A stretch of 12,451 nt of DNA from an uncultured Eubacteriales bacterium (GTDB taxonomy: Bacteria; Bacillota; Clostridia; TANB77; RGIG9151): positions 1-12,451 of the forward strand of contig CAYZJZ010000028.1 in the NCBI GenBank assembly GCA_964478905.1. The letters run 5' to 3'. Below are positions 1-9,473 of this stretch, in pieces. Within the stretch, counting starts at the first letter, position 1. Every line of letters begins with the position of its first letter. The translations under genes were made by a program, and so were the position numbers. The notes below the pieces were generated by a model. The model worked only from the letters and a program-made list of their open reading frames with translations. It did not search any database and had not been told where the DNA came from.

Positions 1-1
1 A

Positions 2-1105
<1,104 letters not shown>

Positions 1106-1133
1106 AATAAAACACTATGAGAGGAGTAAAAAA

Positions 1134-4100
1134 ATGTTTGAACTAAATAATTTTGATAGTATTAAAATTAGTCTTGCTTCACCGGAAAAAATAAGAGAAT
1201 GGTCAAAAGGTGAGGTTAAGAAACCTGAAACTATTAATTATAGAACATTAAAGCCTGAACGTGATGGCTTGTTCTGTGAAAAAATATTTGGACCTCAAAA
1301 AGACTGGGAATGTCATTGCGGAAAATATAAAAGAGTAAGATACAAAGGCATTGTATGTGACAGATGTGGTGTTGAGGTTACTAAATCTAAGGTTAGACGT
1401 GAGAGAATGGGGCATATTGAACTTGCTGCCCCGGTTTCACACATTTGGTATTTTAAAGGAATTCCAAGTCGTATGGGACTTATATTAGACCTTTCTCCAA
1501 GATCATTAGAAAAAGTATTGTACTTTGCTTCATACATCGTTATGGATGCAGGTGCAACGGCTCTTATGAAGAAACAAGTTTTAACTGAAAAAGAATATGC
1601 TGACGCTAAGGAACAATATGGTGCAAATGCATTTAGAGTTGGAATTGGTGCTGAAGCTATTCGTGAATTATTAAAGGAGATAGACTTAGAGTCTTTATCT
1701 AAAGAATTAAGAGAAGAAATGAACGCATCAAGCGGTCAAAAGAAAGTAAAGATTATAAAAAGACTTGAAGCTGTTGATTCGTTTAGATTATCAGGAAACC
1801 GTCCTGAATGGATGATTTTAGACGTTGTTCCTGTTATTCCGCCGGATCTTAGACCTATGGTTCAACTAGATGGTGGAAGATTTGCAACATCTGATTTAAA
1901 TGATTTATATAGAAGAGTTATAAACAGAAATAATCGTTTAAAGAGATTACTTGATTTAGGAGCTCCTGAAATTATAGTTAGAAACGAAAAGAGAATGTTA
2001 CAAGAAGCGGTAGACGCATTAATAGATAACGGTAGACGTGGACGTCCTGTTACAGGCCCTGGAAACCGTCCTCTAAAATCTTTATCTGACTTATTAAAAG
2101 GTAAGCAAGGTCGTTTTAGACAAAACTTACTAGGTAAACGTGTTGACTATTCAGGACGTTCTGTTATCGTTGTTGGTCCGGAACTAAAGATTTATCAGTG
2201 CGGTGTGCCAAGAGAAATGGCTATTGAATTGTTTAAACCATTTGTAATGAAAAGATTAGTTGAAAACGGAATGGCTCATAATATTAAGAGTGCAAAACGT
2301 ATGGTAGAACGTGTTAAGCCGGAAGTATGGGATATCTTAGAAGAAGTTATCAAAGAACATCCTGTAATGTTAAACCGTGCTCCAACACTTCATAGACTAG
2401 GTATTCAAGCGTTTGAACCGGTTTTAGTAGAAGGAAGAGCTTTAAAATTACATCCATTAGTTTGTACAGCTTTTAATGCTGACTTCGATGGTGACCAGAT
2501 GGCTATTCACCTTCCATTATCTGCTGAGGCTCAAGCTGAAACAAGATATTTAATGTTATCTGCTCATAACTTGTTAAAACCTCAAGACGGTAAACCGGTT
2601 ACAGTTCCTACACAGGATATGGTACTTGGTAGCTACTATTTAACATATGAAACAGGTATGAATGATGACAGAGTACCTTCATACTTAGTAGATGTTCCGG
2701 AAGACGAAAGATATGCAAAGGATGCTGACGGAAACTTTGTACTAGATGAAAACGGAAATAAGAAATTACTTCTAAAGGCTTTCTATGACAAAGATGAAGC
2801 GTTTGAAGCATATTCAGTTAACGCTATAAAGTTACAAGATCCTATCTTAGTAAGATTTACAAAGGAAATAGACGGAGTTAAGAAATCTAAAGTTGAAAAA
2901 ACAACAATGGGTAAGATTATATTTAATGAGTCTGTTCCTCAAGATATCGGATTTGTAGACAGAAGTATTCCTGAGAATGAATTTAGAATGGAAGTTGACT
3001 TCTTAGTTACAAAGAAAGAACTAGGAAAAATTATTGATAAGTGTATTAGAAAATACGGCTTTACTATTTCTGCCGATGTTGTAGATAAAATCAAGGCAAC
3101 AGGTTATAAGTACTCTACTCGTAGTGGTATTACTGTTGGTGTTGCAGATATGCAAATTCCGGGAGTAAAAGAACAACGTATTAAAGAGGCTGAAGCTAAG
3201 GTAGAAAACATAACAAAACAATATCAAAGAGGATTACTTTCCAACGAGGATAGAAGAAATTCTGTTATTTCAATTTGGGAAGATACAACAAAAGTTATTA
3301 CACAAGACTTGATGGATGGATTAGATAGATTAAATCCGGTTTATATGATGGCTCACTCAGGAGCCCGTGGTAATGTCAACCAGATTAGACAACTTGCCGG
3401 TATTCGTGGACTTATGGCGGATACATCAGGTAAAACAGTTGAAATTCCTATTAAATCAAACTTAAAAGAAGGACTTGATGTTCTAGAATACTTTATTTCT
3501 TCTCACGGATCTAGAAAAGGTCTTGCTGATACAGCTCTTCGTACTGCTGACTCTGGTTACTTAACAAGACGTCTTGTTGATGTCAGCCAAGATGTTATTA
3601 TTCGTGAAGAAGATTGTGGAACTGACAAGGGTATTTGGGTTGAAGACGTTACAGAAGGTAAGGAAATTATTGAACCGCTTTCTGAAAGACTTGTTGGTAG
3701 AACTGCAATCGGTGATGTAGTAAATCCTGAGACAAATGAAGTTATGGTTAAGGATGGAGAATTAATTACTGAAGCTCAAGCTAAGGCTATTGAGAAAGCA
3801 GGAATTAAGAAAGTATATATTCGTTCAACACTTACTTGTCATTCAAGACACGGTATTTGTGCTAAATGTTATGGTACTAACTTGGCAACAGGTAAACCTA
3901 TTAATATTGGTGAAGCAGTTGGTATTATTGCTGCTCAATCCATTGGTGAGCCTGGTACACAGCTTACGATGAGAACGTTCCATACAGGTGGTGTCGCTGC
4001 TGCCGGCGGTGATATTACACACGGTTTACCTCGTGTTGAGGAAATTTTTGAAGCTAGAAAGCCTAAGGGACTTGCTGTTATTACTGAAATTAAAGGTAAT

Positions 4101-4754
4101 GTTACAGTAAGTGACAACAAGAAAAAGCGTGAAGTTACAGTAACAGATCCGGACGGAGATGCAAAGACATATTTAATTCCTTTCGGTTCAAGATTAAAAG
4201 TTCGTGACGGAGACTATGTTGAAGCCGGAGATGAGTTAACAGAAGGTTCTGTAAACCCACACGATATTATTAGAATAAAGGGCGTTGACGGAGTTCAATT
4301 ATATATGCTTCGTGAAGTTCAAAAGGTTTATAGAATGCAAGGTGTTGATATCAATGATAAACACATCGAAGTAATTGTTCGTCAAATGCTTCGTAAGATT
4401 AAAATTGATGAAGCCGGAGATACAAACTTCTTACCTGGAATTTTGGTAGATATGTTTGAATTTGAAAGTGAAAACGAAAGAGTTGTAGCTGAAGGCGGAA
4501 CACCGGCTACCGGAAAACAAACATTACTTGGTATTACTAAAGCGGCTTTAACTACTGAATCTTTCTTATCAGCAGCATCATTCCAAGAAACAACAAGAGT
4601 TTTAACTGATGCAGCTATAAAAGGAAAAGTTGATCCATTAGTAGGACTTAAAGAAAACGTTATTATCGGTAAATTAATTCCTGCAGGAACAGGTATGTCA
4701 AGATATAAAGATATAAACATAAAAACAGTTAAAGATGACGAAATAATGGATTAA
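1134..4754 (+). CDS. rpoC: DNA-directed RNA polymerase subunit beta'
   Basis: The track ORF opens at 1089 inside rpoB. ATG 1134 ([24 protein letters not shown], the typical beta' N-terminus) sits 7 nt after GAGGAG (1121-1126). A Zn-binding [20 protein letters not shown] is present, as are the catalytic NADFDGDQM (2475-2501), the trigger-loop [10 protein letters not shown] and [17 protein letters not shown]. Stop TAA is at 4752-4754. Confidence 0.97.
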   Translation: MFELNNFDSIKISLASPEKIREWSKGEVKKPETINYRTLKPERDGLFCEKIFGPQKDWECHCGKYKRVRYKGIVCDRCGVEVTKSKVRRERMGHIELAAPVSHIWYFKGIPSRMGLILDLSPRSLEKVLYFASYIVMDAGATALMKKQVLTEKEYADAKEQYGANAFRVGIGAEAIRELLKEIDLESLSKELREEMNASSGQKKVKIIKRLEAVDSFRLSGNRPEWMILDVVPVIPPDLRPMVQLDGGRFATSDLNDLYRRVINRNNRLKRLLDLGAPEIIVRNEKRMLQEAVDALIDNGRRGRPVTGPGNRPLKSLSDLLKGKQGRFRQNLLGKRVDYSGRSVIVVGPELKIYQCGVPREMAIELFKPFVMKRLVENGMAHNIKSAKRMVERVKPEVWDILEEVIKEHPVMLNRAPTLHRLGIQAFEPVLVEGRALKLHPLVCTAFNADFDGDQMAIHLPLSAEAQAETRYLMLSAHNLLKPQDGKPVTVPTQDMVLGSYYLTYETGMNDDRVPSYLVDVPEDERYAKDADGNFVLDENGNKKLLLKAFYDKDEAFEAYSVNAIKLQDPILVRFTKEIDGVKKSKVEKTTMGKIIFNESVPQDIGFVDRSIPENEFRMEVDFLVTKKELGKIIDKCIRKYGFTISADVVDKIKATGYKYSTRSGITVGVADMQIPGVKEQRIKEAEAKVENITKQYQRGLLSNEDRRNSVISIWEDTTKVITQDLMDGLDRLNPVYMMAHSGARGNVNQIRQLAGIRGLMADTSGKTVEIPIKSNLKEGLDVLEYFISSHGSRKGLADTALRTADSGYLTRRLVDVSQDVIIREEDCGTDKGIWVEDVTEGKEIIEPLSERLVGRTAIGDVVNPETNEVMVKDGELITEAQAKAIEKAGIKKVYIRSTLTCHSRHGICAKCYGTNLATGKPINIGEAVGIIAAQSIGEPGTQLTMRTFHTGGVAAAGGDITHGLPRVEEIFEARKPKGLAVITEIKGNVTVSDNKKKREVTVTDPDGDAKTYLIPFGSRLKVRDGDYVEAGDELTEGSVNPHDIIRIKGVDGVQLYMLREVQKVYRMQGVDINDKHIEVIVRQMLRKIKIDEAGDTNFLPGILVDMFEFESENERVVAEGGTPATGKQTLLGITKAALTTESFLSAASFQETTRVLTDAAIKGKVDPLVGLKENVIIGKLIPAGTGMSRYKDINIKTVKDDEIMD

Positions 4755-4784
4755 AAAAAGGTGGACTCAGGTCCACCTTTTTTA
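4753..4784. terminator. Bidirectional rho-independent terminator shared by rpoC (+) and the convergent small ORF (-)
   Basis: Perfect 7-bp GC-rich stem GGTGGAC (4760-4766) / GTCCACC (4771-4777) with a 4-nt loop TCAG. An A-run (4753-4759) precedes it and a T-run (4778-4783) follows, so a hairpin plus U-tract forms on both strands. The stop of the minus-strand ORF (4782-4784) overlaps the T-tract. Confidence 0.88.
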
Positions 4785-4943
4785 GTCTTTACATATAAAC
4801 GTTCCACAACAAGTTCCGTCAGATGTATGAGCTTTACCTGACATATTATTTACATCTAGTTGTTTTGCTGTACAAAAGTGATTATTCCAATATGTGCAAG
4901 TATCTACACTACAGTGAACCGGCATTTTATTTGGATTTCCCAT
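4782..4943 (-). CDS. Small cysteine-rich protein, DUF1540-like (53 aa); absent from the ORF track
   Basis: Hand translation of the minus strand gives MGNPNKMPVHCSVDTCTYWNNHFCTAKQLDVNNMSGKAHTSDGTCCGTFICKD*. GGAG (complement of 4953-4956) lies 9 nt upstream of ATG 4943-4941. An in-frame ATG at 4952-4950 abuts the SD and is less likely. The pattern C-x4-C-x7-C-x20-CC-x-TF matches my recollection of the DUF1540 (PF07561) signature of Firmicutes. The ORF ends in the bidirectional terminator. Confidence 0.72.
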   Translation of the reverse strand: MGNPNKMPVHCSVDTCTYWNNHFCTAKQLDVNNMSGKAHTSDGTCCGTFICKD

Positions 4944-4994
4944 ATAACTCATCTCCTTTTTCTTAGTTTGTACATTTTTTTATAAATATATGCT

Positions 4995-5059
4995 TAAGAT
5001 TCGTTACTATTAAGATATTGTCTTTTGTAAAACAATAAGATTCAATAGTAAATAAGATA
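4995..5059. repeat. Duplicated bipartite direct repeat (TAAGATTC-N8/9-TAAGATA, twice) in the divergent intergenic region; candidate operator
   Basis: TAAGATTC occurs at 4995-5002 and 5036-5043. TAAGATA occurs at 5011-5017 and 5053-5059. The intra-unit offset is 16-17 bp and the unit-to-unit offset is 41-42 bp. An 8-bp inverted repeat, TTACTATT (5004-5011) / AATAGTAA (5044-5051), is interleaved with them. Confidence 0.5.
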
Positions 5060-5081
5060 CAGTTAAAGTTTTATGGAAATA

Positions 5082-5109
5082 TTGACGAATATACACTTGG
5101 AAATATGTA
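5082..5109 (+). promoter_or_regulatory. Candidate sigma-A-type promoter for the NRPS gene
   Basis: TTGACG (5082-5087), a 16-nt spacer, then TATGTA (5104-5109). The -35 is good, but the -10 lacks the conserved final T, so this is weak. It lies about 15 nt upstream of the AAGGAGG RBS (5125-5131). Confidence 0.3.
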
Positions 5110-5139
5110 GTTTGTATCGAAACTAAGGAGGCAATGAAA

Positions 5140-8100
5140 ATGGATAAAAAAATGTATTTGTTATCACGTCCGCAAAAGACTATTTGGTATATGGAAAAGC
5201 TATACAAAGGCTCAGGAATGACCAATATTTGCGGTACTGTAAGATTTAAAGCAAAAGTTGATTTTGAATTGTTATATAAAGCGATTAATATTTTTGTCTC
5301 AAAAAATGATGCTATGCGTTTGAAAATTTTGGAAGATAATGGTGAACCATACCAATATGTAAAAGATTATCAAGAATATAAACCGAAATTTGTTGATTTT
5401 TCCGGTAAAACAAAAGAAGAATTTTACAGGTGGGAAGAGTATGAAAGTAGAAAACCGATAGATACTTCTGAAAACTTTTTGTTCGAATTTATTATGCTTA
5501 AATTTAGCGATAATGAAGGAGGATATTTTATAAAAGTTAATCATATAATAGGCGACGCTTGGAGTATTATGCAACTTGTAAGCGATGTAAAAGACATATA
5601 TTCTGAGTTAGTTTATGGCAATTTTAATGAATATGAAAAGCCTTCTTATTTAGATTTTGTAGATGCTGAAGAAGAATATTTTAATTCAAAACGTTATTCT
5701 AGCGATAAACAATATTGGGAAGAAAAATTAAAGGATTTTGAAGAAGTAACGGTACTAAAAGATAATGTAGGGGATAAAAGCTTTACTAAAGCTACGAGGA
5801 AGACATTTTTAGTTCCAGATAAATTAAGAAATAAGATGCTGTCTTTTTGTGATGAAAATAAAGTTTCCGAATATGCTTTATTTGTCGGAGCTATTGCGAT
5901 GTACATAAACAGAGTTAAAAATAAAGAAAATATAATTTTTGGAACGTCTTTGTTAAATAGAACAGGTGTAAAAGAAAAAGAAACCATAGGAATGTTTGCA
6001 AGTACTGCTGTGCCGCTTAAAGTTGATATTAAAGATGATGCTAATTTCGACACTTTTATAAAGCAAATTTCAAAGGAAATTTTGTCGGTATTAAGACACC
6101 AAAAATATCCGTATGATGAAATCTTAAAAATAGCTCAATGTGCTAATAAATCCACAGATAAGATATTTGATATAGTCCTTAATTACCAAAATGCAAAAGG
6201 AACAAAGGGCGTATTGGAGAAAGAAATTCCATATTCTACAAGGTGGAACTTTAATGGCGAACAAATAGAGTCTTTAATTATCAACATTAATGATAGAGAT
6301 AATGAAGGTAAATTGATAATAGATTATGATTTCTTAAATCATATGTTTTGTGATAAAGAAATTGAGTTTTTACATCAACATATTATAAATATTTTATGGC
6401 ATGCTTTAGATAATCCAAGTAAGTTGATTTCTAAACTTGAGATGCTTTCAGAAGATGAAAAAAATCAAATTTTATATGATTTTAATGATACAGAAGCTAG
6501 TTATAATGAAGAAATTACAATACATCAACTGTTTGAAGAAATGGCTAAAAAATATCCTGATAATATTGCTGTTAAATTTGAAGAAGAAAGTATTACATAT
6601 AAGGAATTAAATTATAGAGCAAACAGTCTAGCTAGGACTCTAAGAAAGTTGGGGTTAAAACGACAAGAGATTGTTACAGTTATTATGTATAAATCTATTA
6701 ACACAATAATTTCAACTTTGGCTATTTTAAAGGCTGGAGGAGCTTATTTACCGATTGATCCGGATTTTCCAAGTGACAGGAAAAAGTTTATGATTAGCGA
6801 TTGTAATTCTAAAATACTGCTTACAGAAAATACGTTAAAGGATAAAAACCCGTTTGATGGAAATGTAATTTGTTTGGATGATGAGAATGTATTTTGTGAG
6901 AATAAAGATAATTTAGAAAATATAAACGAACCAAGTGACTTATTGTATATAATTTACACGTCCGGGTCTACAGGAAATCCTAAAGGAGTTATGCTTGAAC
7001 ACAGGAATGTTGTAAGATTATTATTTAATAGTAAATTTGAATATGATTTTAACGAATCAGATATATGGACAATGTTCCATTCGTATTGTTTTGATTTTTC
7101 TGTATGGGAAATGTACGGAGCTTTATTATATGGAGGCAAACTTGTAATTATATCTAAAGAAACTTCAAAAGATTTGAATAAATTTGTGAAACTACTTAGA
7201 AAAGAGAAAGTTACGGTACTTAATCAAACTCCGGCTATGTTTTATAATGTTATTAATGAAGAACTGTTGTATGAAGATAGTTCACTAGATATAAGGTACG
7301 TAATCTTTGGTGGAGAAGCATTAAATCCAAGCAAATTAAAGCCTTTTAAAGATAAATATCCAAATTGTAAACTTATTAATATGTACGGAATAACTGAAAC
7401 CACAGTGCATGTTACATTTAAGGAGCTAACAGATGAAGATATAAAAATAGGAAAAAGCAATATAGGTAAGCCAATTCCAACTCTAAAAACATATATAATG
7501 GATAAAAATTTAAACCTTTTACCAGTTGGAATTCCGGGAGAAATTTGTGTTTCAGGTAGCGGAGTTGCCAGAGGTTATTTAAATCAAGTTGAGTTGACTA
7601 ATAAAAAATTTGTTGTAAATCCATATAATGCTAATGAAAGATTATACCGTTCCGGTGATTTGGGAAGATTTTACGCCAAGGGAGATATTGAATATTTAGG
7701 AAGAATAGATAATCAAGTAAAAGTAAGGGGCTTTAGAGTAGAAATAGGTGAAATTGAAAGAAACATTTTGAGTTTTGATGGAATAGAGGATACTGTTGTT
7801 GTTCCACGAAAAGATGAAAATGAAAAAAGTTATTTAGTAGCTTATATAGTATGTGAAAAAGAGATAAATATTCAAGAGTTAAAACTTCATTTACAGGATT
7901 TTATGCCTGTTTATATGGTACCATCTTATTTTGTTGTTATGGATAAATTGCCACTTACAGTAAACGGGAAAATAAATAGGAAAGAATTACCTGAACCTCA
8001 AAGAGAAATTGAAAATGATATTCCATTTGTTTCACCTAGAAATGAAACAGACGAAGCTTTGCAATTAGTTTTTTCAGAAGTATTAAAGATAGATAATATA

Positions 8101-9459
8101 GGAATAGATAATAATTTCTTTGATATGGGTGGAGATTCTTTGACAGTTATTCAAGCTTTAACAAAGTTATATAAATATAATTTTAAAATTACGGCAACAG
8201 ATTTTTATAAATATCCAACTATTAGACAACTAAGCGACAAGATAAATAATGAGGAAGAACAGGAAGAAGAAAATGAATTTTGTGAATATGCTAATGTTCC
8301 TCATTTAAATAAAACTGATAAGTTAACATTTAGAAAAATGGAAAATGTTTTAGTTACCGGTCCTACGGGATTTTTGGGTAGTCATATAGTAAAGAGTTTA
8401 TTAGATAATACAGATGCAAAAGTATACTGTTTAGTAAGAGGCAAGGATAGTCAAGAGTGTAAGGAGCGATTTGAAAAAATATTTAAATTCTATTTTAATG
8501 ATTTTAGCTATGAAAATAGAATTGAAATCGTAAAAGGCGATATTACTTTGCCTAATCTGGGAATAGAGCCTAAGTTATATGATATGCTTGGGAATTTGTT
8601 GGATAATATTATACATACTGCTGCTCTGGTTAAGTATTATGGAAAGTATTCTGAATTTGAGAAAATTAATATTGATGGAGTAAGAAATGTAATGACTTTT
8701 GCGAAAAACTATAACATAAAAATTAATCATATTTCTACTATTGGTATTTCCGGAAGTTACTTGGTTAGAAATAATATAAAATCTAAAGAACTCACAGAGC
8801 AAGACCTATTTGTTGGTCAAAATTATTCTGAAAATGCGTATGTTAAAACTAAATTTATAGCTGAAAATATGTTACTAAATGAAGTAAAAAATGGCTTAAA
8901 ATTAACTATATTTAGAATGGGTAACTTAACCGGAAGGTATGAAGACGGATATTTCCAAAGAAATGTAAATGACAATGCTTTTTATAATATATTGCGTTCT
9001 ATAATTGAACTAAAAAAAGTGTCTAGAGATATGGATGACGTTGAGGTAGAGCTTACACCTGTTGATATGGCTGCAAATTGTGTAGTTAATATTTCAAGAA
9101 CAAATGAGTGTGATTCTAGAATTTTTCATATAACGAATTATAAAGAACCTCATTTCGAAAAAATAAGAGATATGCTGGTAGAGCTTGGCTTTGAGATTAG
9201 TGTAGTAAGTAATGAAGAATTTAATAAATTTATAAAAGAAGTTTCTGAACGTGACGGAGAAAACGCTAGTCTTAGAGGAATAATTACAGATATAAACTCC
9301 GAAGGAAATTTAGATTACAATATACCGGTAAAAGCTACTGCTCATATTACAGAAGAATATCTTAAAATGTTAGGATTTTCTTGGCCGGATATAGAAATTG
9401 AATATATAAAGAAAATAGTGGATTATTTAAAAGGAATAGGCTATTTTTTGAATAAATAA
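5140..9459 (+). CDS. Single-module nonribosomal peptide synthetase, C-A(Thr)-T-R
   Basis: The ORF is 5134-9459. AAGGAGG (5125-5131) is only 2 nt from ATG 5134 and 8 nt from the in-frame ATG 5140, so 5140 is preferred; 5134 and 5152 are alternatives. All NRPS core motifs are present (see the domain features). Stop TAA is at 9457-9459. Confidence 0.95.
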   Translation: MDKKMYLLSRPQKTIWYMEKLYKGSGMTNICGTVRFKAKVDFELLYKAINIFVSKNDAMRLKILEDNGEPYQYVKDYQEYKPKFVDFSGKTKEEFYRWEEYESRKPIDTSENFLFEFIMLKFSDNEGGYFIKVNHIIGDAWSIMQLVSDVKDIYSELVYGNFNEYEKPSYLDFVDAEEEYFNSKRYSSDKQYWEEKLKDFEEVTVLKDNVGDKSFTKATRKTFLVPDKLRNKMLSFCDENKVSEYALFVGAIAMYINRVKNKENIIFGTSLLNRTGVKEKETIGMFASTAVPLKVDIKDDANFDTFIKQISKEILSVLRHQKYPYDEILKIAQCANKSTDKIFDIVLNYQNAKGTKGVLEKEIPYSTRWNFNGEQIESLIININDRDNEGKLIIDYDFLNHMFCDKEIEFLHQHIINILWHALDNPSKLISKLEMLSEDEKNQILYDFNDTEASYNEEITIHQLFEEMAKKYPDNIAVKFEEESITYKELNYRANSLARTLRKLGLKRQEIVTVIMYKSINTIISTLAILKAGGAYLPIDPDFPSDRKKFMISDCNSKILLTENTLKDKNPFDGNVICLDDENVFCENKDNLENINEPSDLLYIIYTSGSTGNPKGVMLEHRNVVRLLFNSKFEYDFNESDIWTMFHSYCFDFSVWEMYGALLYGGKLVIISKETSKDLNKFVKLLRKEKVTVLNQTPAMFYNVINEELLYEDSSLDIRYVIFGGEALNPSKLKPFKDKYPNCKLINMYGITETTVHVTFKELTDEDIKIGKSNIGKPIPTLKTYIMDKNLNLLPVGIPGEICVSGSGVARGYLNQVELTNKKFVVNPYNANERLYRSGDLGRFYAKGDIEYLGRIDNQVKVRGFRVEIGEIERNILSFDGIEDTVVVPRKDENEKSYLVAYIVCEKEINIQELKLHLQDFMPVYMVPSYFVVMDKLPLTVNGKINRKELPEPQREIENDIPFVSPRNETDEALQLVFSEVLKIDNIGIDNNFFDMGGDSLTVIQALTKLYKYNFKITATDFYKYPTIRQLSDKINNEEEQEEENEFCEYANVPHLNKTDKLTFRKMENVLVTGPTGFLGSHIVKSLLDNTDAKVYCLVRGKDSQECKERFEKIFKFYFNDFSYENRIEIVKGDITLPNLGIEPKLYDMLGNLLDNIIHTAALVKYYGKYSEFEKINIDGVRNVMTFAKNYNIKINHISTIGISGSYLVRNNIKSKELTEQDLFVGQNYSENAYVKTKFIAENMLLNEVKNGLKLTIFRMGNLTGRYEDGYFQRNVNDNAFYNILRSIIELKKVSRDMDDVEVELTPVDMAANCVVNISRTNECDSRIFHITNYKEPHFEKIRDMLVELGFEISVVSNEEFNKFIKEVSERDGENASLRGIITDINSEGNLDYNIPVKATAHITEEYLKMLGFSWPDIEIEYIKKIVDYLKGIGYFLNK
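5155..6435 (+). other. Condensation (C) domain, probable starter/lipoinitiation type
   Basis: C1 LSRPQKTIWY; C2 KNDAMRLKI; C3 VNHIIGDAWS (5539-5559, that is NHxxxDA rather than HHxxxDG); C4 YLDF; C5 IGMFASTAVPLK; C6 HQKYPY. Blocks KNDAMRLKILEDNGEPYQYV, LSFCDENKVS, NRTGVKEKETIGMFASTAVPLK and LRHQKYPY closely resemble my recollection of the N-terminal C domain of surfactin synthetase SrfAA. That comparison is from memory and is not a computed alignment. Confidence 0.8.
6514..7989 (+). other. Adenylation (A) domain, predicted threonine-specific
   Basis: A3 YTSGSTGNPKG (6955-6987); A4 FDFSVWE (7090-7110); A5 NMYGITET; A6 GEICVSGSGVARGY; A7 YRSGDLGR; A8 GRIDNQVKVRGFRVEIGEIE; A9 MPVYMVPS; A10 NGKINR (7963-7980). 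By-eye alignment to GrsA-PheA gives the pocket residues D235, F236, W239 (FDFSVW), N278 (VLNQTP), I299 and G301 (VIFGGE), M322 (NMYG), V330 and H331 (TTVHV) and K517. Together these read DFWNIGMVHK. Confidence 0.85.
8035..8250 (+). other. Thiolation / peptidyl carrier (T) domain
   Basis: FFDMGGDSL core, with the phosphopantetheinyl Ser codon at 8137-8139, followed by an acidic linker NNEEEQEEENE. Confidence 0.88.
8341..9456 (+). other. Terminal thioester reductase (R) domain, SDR fold
   Basis: NAD(P)H-binding VLVTGPTGFLGSH (TGxxGxxG, 8356-8379), HTAA, ISTIG, catalytic YVKTK (YxxxK, Tyr codon 8839-8841) and a C-terminal substrate-binding subdomain ending ...LGFSWPDIEIEYIKKIVDYL. Confidence 0.88.
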
Positions 9460-9473
9460 TACAAAAGAAAAGA

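Noticed and set aside
4782-4943. The Cys-rich small ORF as a RiPP precursor peptide
   Set aside because: No maturation enzyme (radical SAM, LanM/LanB, YcaO, protease or ABC exporter) is in the window. The Cys spacing matches a known structural domain (DUF1540) rather than a leader-core organisation.
5004-5051. Extended dyad symmetry (about 23-nt arms centred near 5027) as an RNA hairpin or attenuator
   Set aside because: Only the outer 8 bp and the inner TTTT/AAAA pair cleanly, and the middle of the arms is out of register. It lies upstream of the candidate NRPS promoter, so it is more plausibly DNA-level operator symmetry than a transcript structure.
5010-5225. 71-aa minus-strand ORF spanning the NRPS start and the intergenic repeats
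   Set aside because: It starts inside the NRPS coding region without an SD. Its hydrophobic, low-complexity translation is what AT-rich DNA produces. The region is better explained as promoter/operator plus the NRPS 5' end.
8341-9456. R domain as a redox-inactive Dieckmann cyclase (R*) making a tetramate
   Set aside because: The nucleotide-binding TGxxGxxG motif and the catalytic Tyr/Lys of YxxxK are intact, and there is no PKS partner, so a canonical reductive release is more likely.
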